A model generated the notes under the pieces. The model was not told where the DNA came from. It searched no databases and saw nothing but the letters and a program-made list of their open reading frames with translations. A stretch of DNA of 64,000 nt from Albugo candida (taxonomy: Eukaryota), in assembly GCA_040437565.1 (NCBI GenBank), contig JBDOQK010000011.1, positions 1-64,000 on the forward strand, in the 5' to 3' direction. The position numbers and the translations under genes are program-made. Every line of letters begins with the position of its first letter. Position 1 is the stretch's first letter. Shown one piece after another: positions 10,332 to 24,146 of this stretch.

Positions 10332-11680
10332 CAGTAGCCGACAAAAAGTATACGTTATTTTTCTATAATCCACACCACAAAAAAAAGTGAGAGGACTATC
10401 CAGACCTATTACTTTGTGTTTCCGACATCAAACCATTTGTGAAATATGCAGACACGTTGTTTAATAACTGAGGAGAAAGCTGACATTGTCGGATTTTATT
10501 AGGCAGGCTTGAAACAGCGGGAAATCACTGCCCAAACGGGGTTCACCCAGTCAACCATTTCGACAGTGCTACAGAACTGGCATAGAAGGGGTACGGTGTA
10601 GGGTACCAAGTCAAGAGGAAGACCACCAAAGCTCTCAGGAAGAGACGCAGGTCTATTGGGCGCACTGTGATGCAGAACTGGCGGGCGCGACTAGCAAAAA
10701 TCGCGAACAATGCGAACACTCCGGCATCGCCAGGCACAGTCCGTAGCGCCCTCCATGAAATGGAATTCAAAAGAGCCGCATTGCCGCCAAGAAGCCTTTT
10801 TTGACGGATAAGCAACAGGTTAAGATACTGGAGTTTGCTAGGAAATACAAAAGTTGGACATTAGAGAATTGGAAGAAGGCCATTTGGACCGACGAGCCCA
10901 CCTTTGAGATTGGCAAGAATACTCGTCAGGTTGTTGTGTGGCGTCGCGTGGATGAAAAGTTCAATTTTGAGTGCTTGGTCCCAACATTTAGGAGTGGACG
11001 GTCCTCGGTGATGATCTGGGGTGCTGTTTTTGGTGAAAGGATTCTACAGATGGTCATCATGCCACCCCGACATCGCACTGCCACCGACTTTGTCAATCTG
11101 ATCTATAATGCTGCACTTGGACCATGGTTGGACGACCAGGATGACAAGAAAGACCTAATTCTTATGGAGGATGGCTCGCCAGCCCACCGTAGTAGTGGAG
11201 CAAAGACCTGGCGTGAAATGCGGGCGCTTGCAAAGCTAGAATGGCCTGCCCAAAGTCCTGATCTCAACCCCATCGAGAATCTGTGGAAGAATCTCAAAGA
11301 TGCCGTCCAGAACCGTGACAGGCTAAAAAGCGTAGAAGAAATAGCTACCATACTTAGTGAGGAATACCGCAGGGTATCCCTCGAGATGCTTCGATGCCTA
11401 GTAGAGTCAATGCCAAGGCGAATTGCTGCTGTTCTTGCTGCCAATGGTGGATAAAGTCGCTGGGGAACGCTCCCCAATGGCACGCACAATTTTGACAAAC
11501 ACTGCAATTCCTAAATATAAATACTGTAGCAACGACTTCTAATAGACTTCATTGTCAGCCTTGAGCATTTTTTAGAATTGTTGTGGCTGTTTGATCATCA
11601 AAAAATTGATTCTTTCTCAAGGTTGAAGCGATAATTTGACCGTCATATCAAAAATAACGTAAACTTTTTGTAGGCTACTG
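10332..11680 (+). mobile_element. Tc1/mariner DNA transposon (DD34E)
   Basis: 31-bp TIRs CAGTAGCC(G/T)ACAAAAAGT(A/T)TACGTTATTTTT at 10332-10362 and 11650-11680. TA target duplication at 10330-10331 and 11681-11682. Confidence 0.95.
10446..11454 (+). pseudogene. Tc1-type transposase with a disrupted N-terminal HTH region
   Basis: GRPPK motif, WTDE, MEDGSPAH and WPAQSPDLNPIE, with 34 residues between D and E. In-frame stops and a frameshift lie upstream of 10801. Confidence 0.9.
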
Positions 11681-14249
11681 TACGGACAACCGTCGTATCA
11701 ATCAAGGTTACGCAAATATTTGCAAAGAAACTGGAATACGACATCAAACAACCCTTTCATGTTCTCATCGTAAGACGGCTTTTCTGAAACAATAACCAAG
11801 ACAGTAATAGAACGGGAAGGGTCCATTTTTTACCCTATACATTTCGAAAAAATATGGTGGGGCGAAGCTATAAATACAGCAGTCTATATCACGAATCATT
11901 TACCAAATGATGCAAATCCGGAGAAGACCCCATTTCTTATATGTTTTGGACCACCACCAATTGTTACAGGATGAGAAAGCTGGTGACACTGGATACGCTC
12001 ATCTATAAAGAGTAAGGTGCAAGAAGCCGGAGAAGAAGCGTTTTGATACATATTTTGTTGTAGAAGGGTATATGTGTGTAGAATATGGATTTCAACGTGT
12101 GAAGATAAAGTCGCCCTTTATTTAAATAAACATCAAAGATACAATATCTGTACGTGAAATTAACTACGGAAACGACATTCTATCACAGTATGTGAATATC
12201 GACGATGATCAAGAAAGAGTAATCATGATGCAACCCGTCGAATACGTCGTGGAGCCGATTGATGTTGACGCTGATGGGTTTTATCCTCCCACCATAAAGA
12301 GGGGGAGTATACTGGATCAAATAGATGTACGATATTCGTTCAATTGGCCACGACATCCTTCCTTGCGGTGCAAAATTTACATTGTCTACTTTCCCATGAG
12401 ACTACGGAAGCAATCGTACCGCTTACAATTGAAACAACTAAGAGATACCGAATAAAGTATGATCAAGTGAATGCAGCCATTTAAATCCTGAGACGTACGA
12501 GGAAGCTTTGCAAATTGGTGAAGCTTCACGTGTAAAGACGCAATAGCATCAGAGTTATATTAGTTTGTTGAGAACGAGACATGAGAAACAGAAGCTCGTC
12601 CGAACGATCAAAAAATGATCGGGTGCAAATGGGTTTCTGCAATCAAGCGAGACGAACACCGTTTAATTCGGCGATATAAGGCACTGCTTGTTGCGCAAGA
12701 ATTATGACAAACAGCTGGTCGAATATTAGGAAACATGCGCTATACTTACATGCAATAATCTGATTTTTCATTAATTCCATATTATGTGTGTTCAGCTTGG
12801 GTACGAGATTCAACAGTATGATTTGGATACTGCATTTAACAATGAAGATTTGGTAGAATATGTTTACATGTCGCCACCGATTGCAAAATCAAATCAGTTC
12901 AATTATGCAAACTGCAATGAAGTTTGGATAGAAACAAGCATCATCAGTATGGTACAGGCCATCTCCAGAGTTTTCTTACCGCTGAAGTTCAAGCACTTTA
13001 CATATTCGACGCGTACGTATTTGTTCACCGTGGAAAGGCAAATGTTTTGTAGATCGCCCTCTGTTTGGATGAGATATTGGTGGCAGCAAAACCAATTGAT
13101 ATGATTGAAGGTGTTAGCAAATAGCTAGTCCAAAATTCACAATGAGGAGACTGGGCGTGGCGAAGTTCATTTCGGTTATGGGATTACCGTACGACATCAA
13201 AATAAAAGTGATGCACTTGTCACAGGAAGATGATTTTAAACAAATGGTTGATAATATTGGCCAAGAAAAGTCATCCCCTGTTCACAACCCAACTAGACTA
13301 ATGCAGGGATTCGAGTCGTTAGATATCTGAAGACAATTGTGGAACCTGACTTGATATTTAGCGGTCGCAATTGATAACTTATGGTCGAAATCTAGAGCGA
13401 TTCAGACTGAGAAGGCTGTCGAGATGAAGAACGTGCAACATCAGGCATTAAATTTATGATAAATAGCACTTTGTGGGTAAATCAGTCCCCATGACATGAA
13501 AGACTTGCGCTTAGAAGCTTAATGCATGGCTACGTCCATGAGTTTAGGAGACCTATCCAATTGATTGTGGATATTTGAAGCTCAATCGCTCTTGCAACGA
13601 ACGATGTTTATCAGAGTAGAGTCGAGCGAAGGCACCATTTCATTTGCCATCACATCAAATTTGGAATTATCAAATTTAACTGTACCTCAACAAACCTCTC
13701 ACTAGCCGAATTCCGACAGAGTTAATATCGACCTAACACTTGGAACATTTCTCATTACGTAAAGGCGAATCCGGTAAAATTTGTGTCGGGGTGCTGGAAA
13801 TCAAGAGCATACCGATAAACAGTGTGTTAGGTTGTAAAGGCCTAGTGAAACCTACCTTTTAAACATGCTTTCCATATTTCCCGAATGCCAAAAAAAATGG
13901 GGTTTAGTCGCGCAAAGAGATTCTCCTAGAGGTCTTTCAACTAGCTTTGGATCGCTACTCTAGCGATGTGAGGCCCCATTTTGCGGTATATTAACCTTCT
14001 ATTTTATTTTGTTCTGGCCCTTACCATTCCATCGTCTACTTTGGGGGTTCAATTCCGCAATTTATGCATACGATTACTCATTATATGCATAAATTCCGCT
14101 CCTGCTAATATCTAAATGCTCCTTGTTTCCCATTTCAGCCACAAAGCATCCTCCCTTTACAACGCTGCGGTTCTTTGTATCAAAACTTATTTTTGAATGT
14201 CGTGGATCTTAGTTGGAGTCAGCCATTAAAACCTTCATTGACTAATGGT

Positions 14250-15350
14250 TACAGGATTATCTCGAGCTGTGCAAGGGTACATATTCAGGATCTTGAGCAT
14301 CGAAACGGAATAGCAACTTTGCTTAGACTTTCTCCGCACAAGTAATAAAATTTCAGCGAAATTTGAACTCCACTAGATAATATCCTAGAGCTTTGATTTA
14401 CAATGGTGTAATCGTTCGGTGTTGCGGAACTACTTAAGTGGATCGGATCTGAATTTGAGGTTGCGATGATCCGTCTACAAATCATGACTCTAACACCTGT
14501 GTAGGAGGTAAACAGCAGAATCTTGAGTCACCACAGCCAAATAACGATGGACAAATGTCTTTGTGATCCGTGGAAGTCCGCGAGAAGCGATCCAAATGGC
14601 GAATTAGCCGATGTGTGATACGTGCGTCTACATAGATTCCCCAAGCGTTAGTGCACACGCAGAAAATCGTGTCACGCGGGTGTCTCTGCAGCAATGATAT
14701 ACTTATCACATTATTGCAGATCCTAAAATCCAAAGAGGTTTCAGATCAGCCCACCTTTATTTCCGACGATTCAGTCAATGGTCTTTGTGTAACCATCACC
14801 CTACTATTGCAATTTTCTACATACACCTCACCAATGTATGAACTATGGCACCATATCGAGGTATAAACGTTAGCATCTAGCTCGAAGCGCAAATCAATTG
14901 CTTCAGTCCATGTACATACCCGATCTCTGTATTGGGAAGAAGAATCAAAGCATTTATTCGTTCCGATTTGCGCCAAACGCCGTTTTCGGACACACTTTTG
15001 TTACATCAGAGCATGTTCCTCTTCCAGAAATTCTACGCTGGTGGACTAAATTCTAGGGTGCTTTTACTTCATCTATCTTCATATACCCTCCGAATTTGTT
15101 AATCAAGACTACTTCTGTACGGTATAAGATTCGCTTAAATCTGGTATGTACAGACATTTTTCAATAAGCGAAACTGTAACTTCTGTCCACCAGCACGCTG
15201 GTATGATTTTATATTCCTTCATTGTGAAACAGAGAAGCTCTTCTGAGTAAATCACTAAAACAAATCGCCAGCAAACTTTGAACAACTCGAGCAAGAAAAT
15301 TACACGCGAAATTCTGCATGTGCTCTATTACGAATTCCAGCAACTACATT
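14250..15350 (-). mobile_element. Possible LINE ORF2 C-terminal relic
   Basis: Degenerate peptides (IPACWW; RDTIFCVCTNAWGIY, resembling a zf-RVT region). No intact motif. Confidence 0.3.
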
Positions 15351-15390
15351 ATCCACATTGCACTCTTGGTAGGCTCTGTACGCTAGGTTC

Positions 15391-18300
15391 TGTTGGATAT
15401 TCAACATAAGGGATGTGCAGATAAGATTCGGTAGTTTGATAAGGCTTAAAAAAGTTTAACTTTTAAGTGAACTAAGGACCTAATCTATGTACTTTCGAAT
15501 TGAAGCTCCTTGGGTGTCGTTGTTTACGGATCATCTACAGGTTATGAGCCCAAGCGCAGCAGCAGTTCGAGCAATGACGTTCTCAGGGACGACAACTACT
15601 TTTACTGGAAGTTCAACGCGTGCATGAGACTGGCAAGAAAGGGGATGCTGGACCATATCGACGGACCTGTAAACGTCAAGAGCGAGGACGATACAGCGGT
15701 GGTAGTCTGGAGAGCGAACGACTTAAAGGCCTTTTCCACCTTGTCGATGACGCTCAGCACTCAATATCAGTCAATGATCCGAAATACGACATCGACGAGG
15801 CAGCTTTGGGATACATTAAAGGAGTTTTTTGTTTGGAAAAGTTTACACAATCGAGTGCAAGTTCGACGTCAGCTGCACGACTTCAAGATGGGAAGAGGGA
15901 GCAGCTTGATGGAACATATGATGAAGTTCGATGAACTAGCGATGAGCATGTCGTCTATCGGAGACGTGATGGATGAGCAGGAAATGCTCGTGGTGCTTTT
16001 GGGTAGTCTGTCTGAAGACTATAAACACATCACACGAATCCTGGAAAAAATGCCTGAAATCGACTTGATGAGTGCGCGTGAAATTCTTCGCCGAGAGTGG
16101 GACAATATGCAGAAAAGGAATCAAATGAGCTTACACTGAAGGCAACAAGAGACGTGTTTTCGAAGATAAGACCCAACAATGCTCGAATCAACAGGAGCGC
16201 GTTTCATGGGAAATGTTCAACTGTGGAAAGCGTGGACACAGACAAGCCGAATGTTTTCAACGAAGCAAAGAAAAAAGGACTTTCAAGCCGAAACGATCAT
16301 GCGTTTATGGCAATTACTGCCCAAAAGAAGAATGACTGGTTTTTGGACAGCGTTGCGAGCAGTCATATGAGCTATGACAAGTCAGAATTTGTAGCACTGA
16401 TGGATCTGGAAAGTCCAATCATAATATCAATCGCGAATGGAGCTACAGTCGACGCTGTTAGTACTGGTTCAATACCGGTTAGTCTCAGCAATGGTGAACA
16501 TGTCACCATTCATGACGTGTTGTACGTTCCAAAATTGGACCCACGGCTACTATCAATCCCCGCATTAGTGGCCCGTGGACTTAATGTTTCTTTCGACAAC
16601 AACTGGTGCGAGATTAAGTCAGAGACCGAGACCATCATACGTATAAAGCGGAGTGGGAAGATGTACAAGCTGCATACACTCCCAAGGACACCAACCAAAA
16701 CGGCATCGCCAGCATCTTACAGCGATGACAGTCAAGACTGGGAAAGATGGCATGCTCGTTTGGGTCATCTTCCATTGGATTAACTTGAACAAACGCAAAA
16801 ATGTTCCACCGGAGTCCGAGTGAAAGAACATTCGATTCACGATGCCGATGACAAAGATGAGGTTTGCGCGGGTTGTGCAAAGGTAAAATCATCGGTGAGA
16901 CCATTTCTCAAGGCAAAGGGCAATGATTTGAAGACAACGGAAGTGTTACAAATAGTTCACAGTGATCTCATGGGACCGATGAAAACAACATCAGCAGGTG
17001 GTTCTCGATATACATTGACGTTTATCGACGATTACTCACGATTGGTCAAAGTTTACTCTCTGCGGACAAAATCGAAAGTGTTCGATTATTTCATACAATA
17101 CAAAGCCATGATGGAACGCCAAACCAACAACAGGATCAATTGTAGCCGTACGGAATGCGGTACAGAGTTTGTGAACAGGCAGTTCGAGAAAGATTGTAGA
17201 CGAAACGGGATAGTCCATCAGACAGCTGCCCCGTTCTCGCCGCAACAGAATGGTTTGGCGGAACGAATGAACCGCACACTCATGGAAAGAGCTCGTGCAA
17301 TGATGGAGCACAAGAATGTGGCAAAGGAGTGGTCGGCAGAAGCTTTCAATACCGCAGCATACATCACAAATCGCGTTGCAAACAGTCTTCGACCATACTC
17401 CACACCAATGGAAACTTGTTTCAAAGAAAAGCCAGTTTTCAGTCACCTCCGCGTTTTTGGATCTACTGGCTTTGCACATATCGACGAGCCGAAGCGATCT
17501 AAAGTAGACGCGAAGGCCTACTCATGCTTATTCTTGGGATGTGCCGACGACTCGAAAGCGTACCGGGTATTCAGCATATCGAACAAGCGAGTGGAGAGAT
17601 CCCTAAGTATTCTCCTAACAGAAGTAAATCAGACCAAGTAGGTTCAAGTCGTTATCCAAAACCTTAAAATGATTCCAAGACGGAACTCATTTGATGATGA
17701 TCATCGTACTCCATGTGTGCGCATCGAGTCTCAGGAACCTCAATTTATGGAGACTGATCAAGCTGGCCAGCCATACCAAAATCACCAACTTACAGTACCT
17801 GGACGATCCGACACACACTTGGTACCTCTGGATTACGACGCTCCCGGCCCTTCCTCCATGAAGGTGGATGAAGGTTATGGTCGAGAACATATCCCAGTAC
17901 CTCCTAGCCAGGTTACTACTCAATGCCAACATCCAGAAAACGATATTGTGTCGAGAGGGAGAATCGAGATGGATGACTTTTCACACAATCACGACACTTG
18001 TATCGCCCCCGACGTCACCGAGCATTACCAGCAAGTGGGTTCAGCGACGCTATTAGTGCATGTGCAGATGAAAATTAGCTCGATCATGATGAAGTCAATC
18101 GAGAGTCAAAGTGAGTTCGGCTTATGTCTGAGTAAGCAAACGCAGCCATTAAAAGCCCTACAACATATCAGGAAGCTTTGCAAAGCGGTGAAGCTGTCCA
18201 GTGGAAAGATGCGATGGCATCAGAGTTCAAGTCATTGGATGGAAGGAAGACATGGAAAAGAGTAGATCGTCCAAACGACCAAAAGGTGATCAGGTGTAAA

Positions 18301-20042
18301 TGGGTGTTTGCAATCAAGCGAGACGAATATGGTGCAATTCAGAGGTATAAGGCCCTACTGGTTGCGCATGGATTTCAACAAACAGCTAGAGTCGACTAAA
18401 AGGACACGTACGCTCCGGTTGCAAGCACTGATTCGATCAGAGTATCCTCAGTGTGTGTACAACTTGGTTACGACATTCACCAGTATGATGTGGACACAGT
18501 ATTTCTTAATGGATATTTGGAAGAAGATGTGTACATGTGGCCACCACTAGGATTGATAATAAAGCCGGTTCAAGTGTGCAAACTGCAACAAAGTTTATAT
18601 GGATTGAAGAAGGCATCATCAGTATGGTACAGGACCATCTCTAAATTTTTCTTGGAGCTTGGGTTCAAGCAATGCACATCCGACTCATGTATTTTCGTTC
18701 TCCCTGAACAAATTTCGTGTATATCGCACTCTATGGGGATAAAAACATGTTGATTTCAGCAACATGAATTGATCTGATAGAAGTCATCAGCAAGTAACTT
18801 TCCCGAATATTCACAATGAAGAGATTGGGTGTGGCAAAGTACATTTTGGGTATGTAATTATCGTACGACAACAAAATGAAAGTGATGCACTTGTCACAGA
18901 AGGCTGGTATGAAACGAATGGTTGAGGAATTCGGCCAAGAAAAGTCAGCTCCTGTCAACAATCCAACTTGCACAAGTCAAAAAATGACAAAGACAGGGAG
19001 TGAAGATGAACACCTGAAGAACAGGCCATATCGTTCGTTTATTGGATATCCACTATATATCGCAATGAGCACCAGACCAGACGTAGCATTTGCATTATGT
19101 GAATCAAGTCGATTCTTGGAGAATCCGTGTATGGCCCATTGGAATGCAGAGATTCGAGTCCTCAGATACTTGAAGACAGCTCCGGAACTTGGTTTGATAT
19201 TTACCGGTGAAATGGAGAATTGATGGTCAAAGCCTACAGCGATTCAGATTAGTAAGGCAGTTGCGATGATCGACGTTGAAATCAGGCATTATGGCCATGA
19301 TAAATGGATCTCCAGTTGCATACTTATCCCGACTGCAAAAGAGCATTGCGCTTAGCTCAGCTGAAGCTAAATACATGGCAATGTCCGTGTGCGTGCAAGA
19401 AATTATATGGGTGAAGCAGCTATTGCGAGAAATGGAACAACAGTTCGACACGCCTATCCAACGTTTTGTGGATAATCAGAGCGTAATCGCAATTGCAACA
19501 AACGATGGTTATCAGAGTCGAGCGAAACATATCGACATCAGGCATCATTTCATTCGGCAGCACATCAAATCCGGAATTATCCGATTGGACTACATTCCGA
19601 CGAAACTGCAACTAGCTGACTTCTTGACAAAGTCAATATCGACAAAACATTTCGAACACCTCAGTAAGTCAAGTGGAATCCGTTTAAGTATGTTGAGGGG
19701 GAGTGTTGGATATTCAACATAACGGATGTGCAGATAAGATGCGGTAGCTTGTAAAGGCTNNNNNNNNNNNNNNNNNNNNNNNNNNNNNNNNNNNNNNNNN
19801 NNNNNNNNNNNNNNNNNNNNNNNNNNNNNNNNNNNNNNNNNNNNNNNNNNNNNNNNNNNTAAGTCAAGTGGAATCCGTTTAAGTATGTTGAGGGGGAGTG
19901 TTGGATATTCAACATAACGGATGTGCAGATAAGATGCGGTAGCTTGTAAAGGCTGAGATTAACTATCAAGTGAACTAAGAACCTAATATATGTAATTCCG
20001 AATTTAAGCTCCCTGGGTATTGTTGGTTACAGATCATCTACA
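15391..20042 (+). mobile_element. Ty1/copia LTR retrotransposon, full-length, pseudogenised
   Basis: LTRs TGTTGG...CTACA at 15391-15539 and 19899-20042 (the 3' LTR start also appears at 19704, before the gap). Perfect TSD GGTTC at 15386-15390 and 20043-20047. PBS GGTTATGAGCCCA, PPT GAGGGGGAG. Confidence 0.97.
15544..19700 (+). pseudogene. copia gag-pol pseudogene
   Basis: UBN2-type gag, WFLDSVASSHM protease, WHARLGH, integrase (HSDLMGP, FIDDYSR, QQNGLAERMNRT), RT (CKWVF, LYGLKKA) and RNase H (KHIDIRHHF, LADFLTK), with frameshifts and stops. Confidence 0.92.
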
Positions 20043-20099
20043 GGTTCTCATGTTAATTTTTTTTCGTGCATCGACATTCCTTCTATATTGTTTCGCAGC

Positions 20100-21466
20100 A
20101 GGCTCTGGTGATCTCTTGTATATCAAACGTAACGCTTGCTACTTTTTTTATTCAAATATATGCGTGCTTTGCGCTTCACTTTTAACACATTGTTCTTCAA
20201 TCGGAATTCAATATCGGTTAAGTTTCAACGAATATGCTGAAAGTATCATCAAATCCTTCTGCTTTCGCGTCAAGACCGTAAGCGAATCGTGAAATTGTCA
20301 ATTTCTCACGCGACCACCAATACTTAGCAGTGTCGGAAAGAATTTTCATCACGCTGTGATGTAAGCATTAGTTCCCAAAAAAACCATCGACAAGGATCAC
20401 ATCTCTTTTTCACTAGCCTGGCAGCCTCTCCCCTCACAACTTCACGCTTCAGTTCGTCTTCATGCTCACTGTCTTACTTCTGACTTCTTATATCACCATC
20501 GCTTGTTCACCCGAGCGGGAAAAGTTTTAATTTACCTTTCAAGCTTGGACAATCACATTTGTATTTATCTCCACAGCAATAAAGAAAGCCATCATTACAA
20601 TTCTTCCATCTGTCTTCCTGGTAGCATGATTGTATGCTTTCTTGCCGTACTCAGTACCCCCTTTAGTCCTCTGGATCTTCTTGAGCTTCTTCTCACCAAA
20701 GACGTGATTTCCCCTCTTTCGTTTCTTGATTATATGGTAATAATCCTCTACCAGAAAAGTTCAGGCGTGTAGTTTGTCATGTTATTGGTGAAAATAACTT
20801 TCCACCGTAATACATCATAGAACGTCTGCGCCGGGAGATATCGCAACATACGATCCACCATTCACAAGTCATGCACGTGAGCTTAAATCTGCAAGTTGGT
20901 TCTTGATGTCAAAAAGCTCATAAATCTCGCTTCTTATGCTTACCTTCTCTGCGCAGGTGACTCCAGCGTAGCTCTCCCTGCAAACTATACATCTTCTGTG
21001 AGGTCATTGCAGGATTTGCCTTGCCTCCATAGATCGCTACGAGTTCAGCCCACATCTCACTTTTCATCATAAGTCGCTTCACAAGTTGTATTGGCACTTT
21101 TATCCTTTCCTGTTTCTTCGTGAGTTTTTTCCTTCCTTTCGTCGTTCTAGCAATGACCTTTCCTTCAACCCATTGATCATAGCATACTTGTAAAAGGTCA
21201 AGTCGTCTCTGTTCCAGCGCATCATAGCTCCTGCGGATTCGATCTTAAGTTCTTACGCTTGCCTGTTTCGCTAGCGGATTCTGACGATGACGACTTGTTC
21301 TATATTATGCGTCGATGTCGTCGCGTAGCACCGCGTATTCTGTGGGTAGTTGGTCCCATAATAGTAATGTGTAACCGCACAAAAGATAACACTTACAAAA
21401 ATGCATTCACTTGAGGTATATTCGGGACTCTTATTATCCGTCTATCTTATGGTTAAGTCATTCTCA
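20100..21466 (-). mobile_element. Decayed copia 5' fragment (LTR, PBS, gag)
   Basis: Minus strand has a PBS-like TTATGGGACCA at ~21361-21351, followed by gag-like relics (WNRDDLTF...KYAMI). Boundaries are approximate. Confidence 0.6.
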
Positions 21467-23389
21467 TTCTGCGAATCTTCCCAACTGCGACCTTTCATCA
21501 ATAGATGCCTTCAGTATTCCTTCCAATGCATATATATAGCTAAAGTTGATGCGGATTTCAGAAGTTCCTGCACATTGGACAGCTACTTCGATGGATTCAT
21601 TGCAGCTAATTTAGCCATTCCTTGAGCCACACATGCCGATGAACATGTTCACTATCATACAACGTCTACATGGGTAAATGGTACAATAGATGAGTACATC
21701 TCCTTTGTGGAAATAAGCATCCAGAATCTTGCATCAGACGGAGTGGAGTCATAGAACTTTTGGCTTTTCTACAGCCCTGCCAATACTACGCCAGTATGTA
21801 CTGACTTCGACAAGTGCTACATTATGAATCTGCTACAGGTAATCTGAGTACGCAATTGACTGGTAGAATCTTGGCGTGGTGGACGAGCCACACCGAACAT
21901 TCGGGTCGCGTTTAGAATGAGCCAATCCAGCTACTGCAGCGTAGGCAACCGAGATTTCGTCTCCTCACTTGACCCAGAATATCACACCGTTAGATTGGGA
22001 GTACGAAGGTAAAATTAGGAAACCTTTTTTCCGGCTATTTTGCTCTAAGATCTCACGAATCGTCTGATAAGCAGCCGAAGTAACCAAGACTATTCTGATG
22101 GTTACAAATTGATCATCGTGGGAGAGATAGGACGCATCATATACAGAACGACTTCAAACGTTTCTGGCTTCATTAAGGCATCTTCGAAAACTTATGTACC
22201 GATTTTCGAGGATGTTCAGTTTCTTTTGGTCTTTAGGATGCTGCCCGTTCGTTCTTGGTTCTGAATTTCAAAGATATTCAACCCGATATTGTATTTTGCA
22301 CTCGGCTTTCGAAAGATCTCTTTCTATAGTGCAAATAAACGTCACNNNNNNNNNNNNNNNNNNNNNNNNNNNNNNNNNNNNNNNNNNNNNNNNNNNNNNN
22401 NNNNNNNNNNNNNNNNNNNNNNNNNNNNNNNNNNNNNNNNNNNNNGAATCTTCCCAACTGCGACCTTTCATCAATAGATGCCTTCAGTATTCCTTCCAAT
22501 GCATATATATAGCTAAAGTTGATGCGGATTTCAGAAGTTCCTGCACATTGGACAGCTACTTCGATGGATTCATTGCAGCTAATTTAGCCATTCCTTGAGC
22601 CACACATGCCGATGAACATGTTCACTATCATACAACGTCTACATGGGTAAATGGTACAATAGATGAGTACATCTCCTTTGTGGAAATAAGCATCCAGAAT
22701 CTTGCATCAGACGGAGTGGAGTCATAGAACTTTTGGCTTTTCTACAGCCCTGCCAATACTACGCCAGTATGTACTGACTTCGACAAGTGCTACATTATGA
22801 ATCTGCTACAGGTAATCTGAGTACGCAATTGACTGGTAGAATCTTGGCGTGGTGGACGAGCCACACCGAACATTCGGGTCGCGTTTAGAATGAGCCAATC
22901 CAGCTACTGCAGCGTAGGCAACCGAGATTTCGTCTCCTCACTTGACCCAGAATATCACACCGTTAGATTGGGAGTACGAAGGTAAAATTAGGAAACCTTT
23001 TTTCCGGCTATTTTGCTCTAAGATCTCACGAATCGTCTGATAAGCAGCCGAAGTAACCAAGACTATTCTGATGGTTACAAATTGATCATCGTGGGAGAGA
23101 TAGGACGCATCATATACAGAACGACTTCAAACGTTTCTGGCTTCATTAAGGCATCTTCGAAAACTTATGTACCGATTTTCGAGGATGTTCAGTTTCTTTT
23201 GGTCTTTAGGATGCTGCCCGTTCGTTCTTGGTTCTGAATTTCAAAGATATTCAACCCGATATTGTATTTTGCACTCGGCTTTCGAAAGATCTCTTTCTAT
23301 AGTGCAAATAAACGTCACAGTTATGGCTGGACCCAATCCTAATATGGCATCCGATTCTACATCCCTACCACGCTATCAACATATTGCAT

Positions 23390-23900
23390 GTGTTATTCAG
23401 CTGCCGCTACGGAGGGACTGGAAAAACTGCCGATTAATTTTATCCGACTATGTCTTTCATTTTCGAAATTGATGATGCACTACGTCTGGTCTACTGGAAT
23501 CATCGTTTGTTCGACAAGCAATCAGCCCCCTTCCCCGACAGTTCCAGCGTTTTCCACTTCATACACCACGTTAAGTGCGCATGTACGGTACTTTTGACTG
23601 ATGTATTACGCTCAAGACGAGCGCATTCGGCTTGCAAAGGTGCTGGATCAGCTCACAAAGCAAGGATCATTTGGTGGCTTATTCAGGACTCTTAAGAAAA
23701 CTGCTGGGGGTACAGCACCGAAAAGTAGAAATGCAAGTGCAACTCCAATCCTAATTCTAGTTGGATGGCGATGTACATGCCAGTGTCGCGGGCACCAATT
23801 AGGAAAACGCAGTCTTTCGGGCATTTCCAAGCTGGATACATTCTCGTATTGTGGGGGTTTGTGTGCAACCACAATACAGCGACAAGACATATTTATCATA
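23390..23900 (+). mobile_element. LINE 3'-end fragment
   Basis: 23560-23770 is a diverged inverted homologue of 24760-24950, which is the 3' end of the minus-strand LINE (shared SAHVRYF-like end and AGTAGAAA.GCAAGTGCAACTCC). Confidence 0.55.
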
Positions 23901-23995
23901 TCTTACAGGTAGTTCATAAGATAGCCGAGCTATCGTGCAGACTACACGCGCGTCAAGAGTCATCAATACCCACCAAATAAATGGGAATTTTTTAA

Positions 23996-24146
23996 TGCAG
24001 TTGGAAGCTCTAACCAACAGGATACTAGGGGAACTCACATGCGGAAGTGAATTATCCTTAGTTCCTTCGTACGCTTAACAATTAATCTAAGTCGTCACAT
24101 CCTATCCGCATCTTACCTGCATATCTGTCATGTTATAAACATGACA
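23996..24146 (-). repeat. Solo LTR related to the 15391 LTR family (duplicated at 24446-24596 across a gap)
   Basis: Minus strand TGTCATG...GCAGGTAAGATGCGG...GAACTAAGGA...TGTTGGTTAGAG...CTGCA aligns by eye with 19899-20042. TSD not confirmed. Confidence 0.65.

Larger units (their letters stand above)
10200..13790 (+). mobile_element. Heavily decayed copia pol relic, interrupted by a Tc1 element
   Basis: Integrase FIDDYCRYV (~10225) resumes after 11682. RT and RNase H relics (IGCKWVSAIKRD, QQYDLDTAF, MHLSQ) resemble the element at 15391-20042. Boundaries are approximate. Confidence 0.8.
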
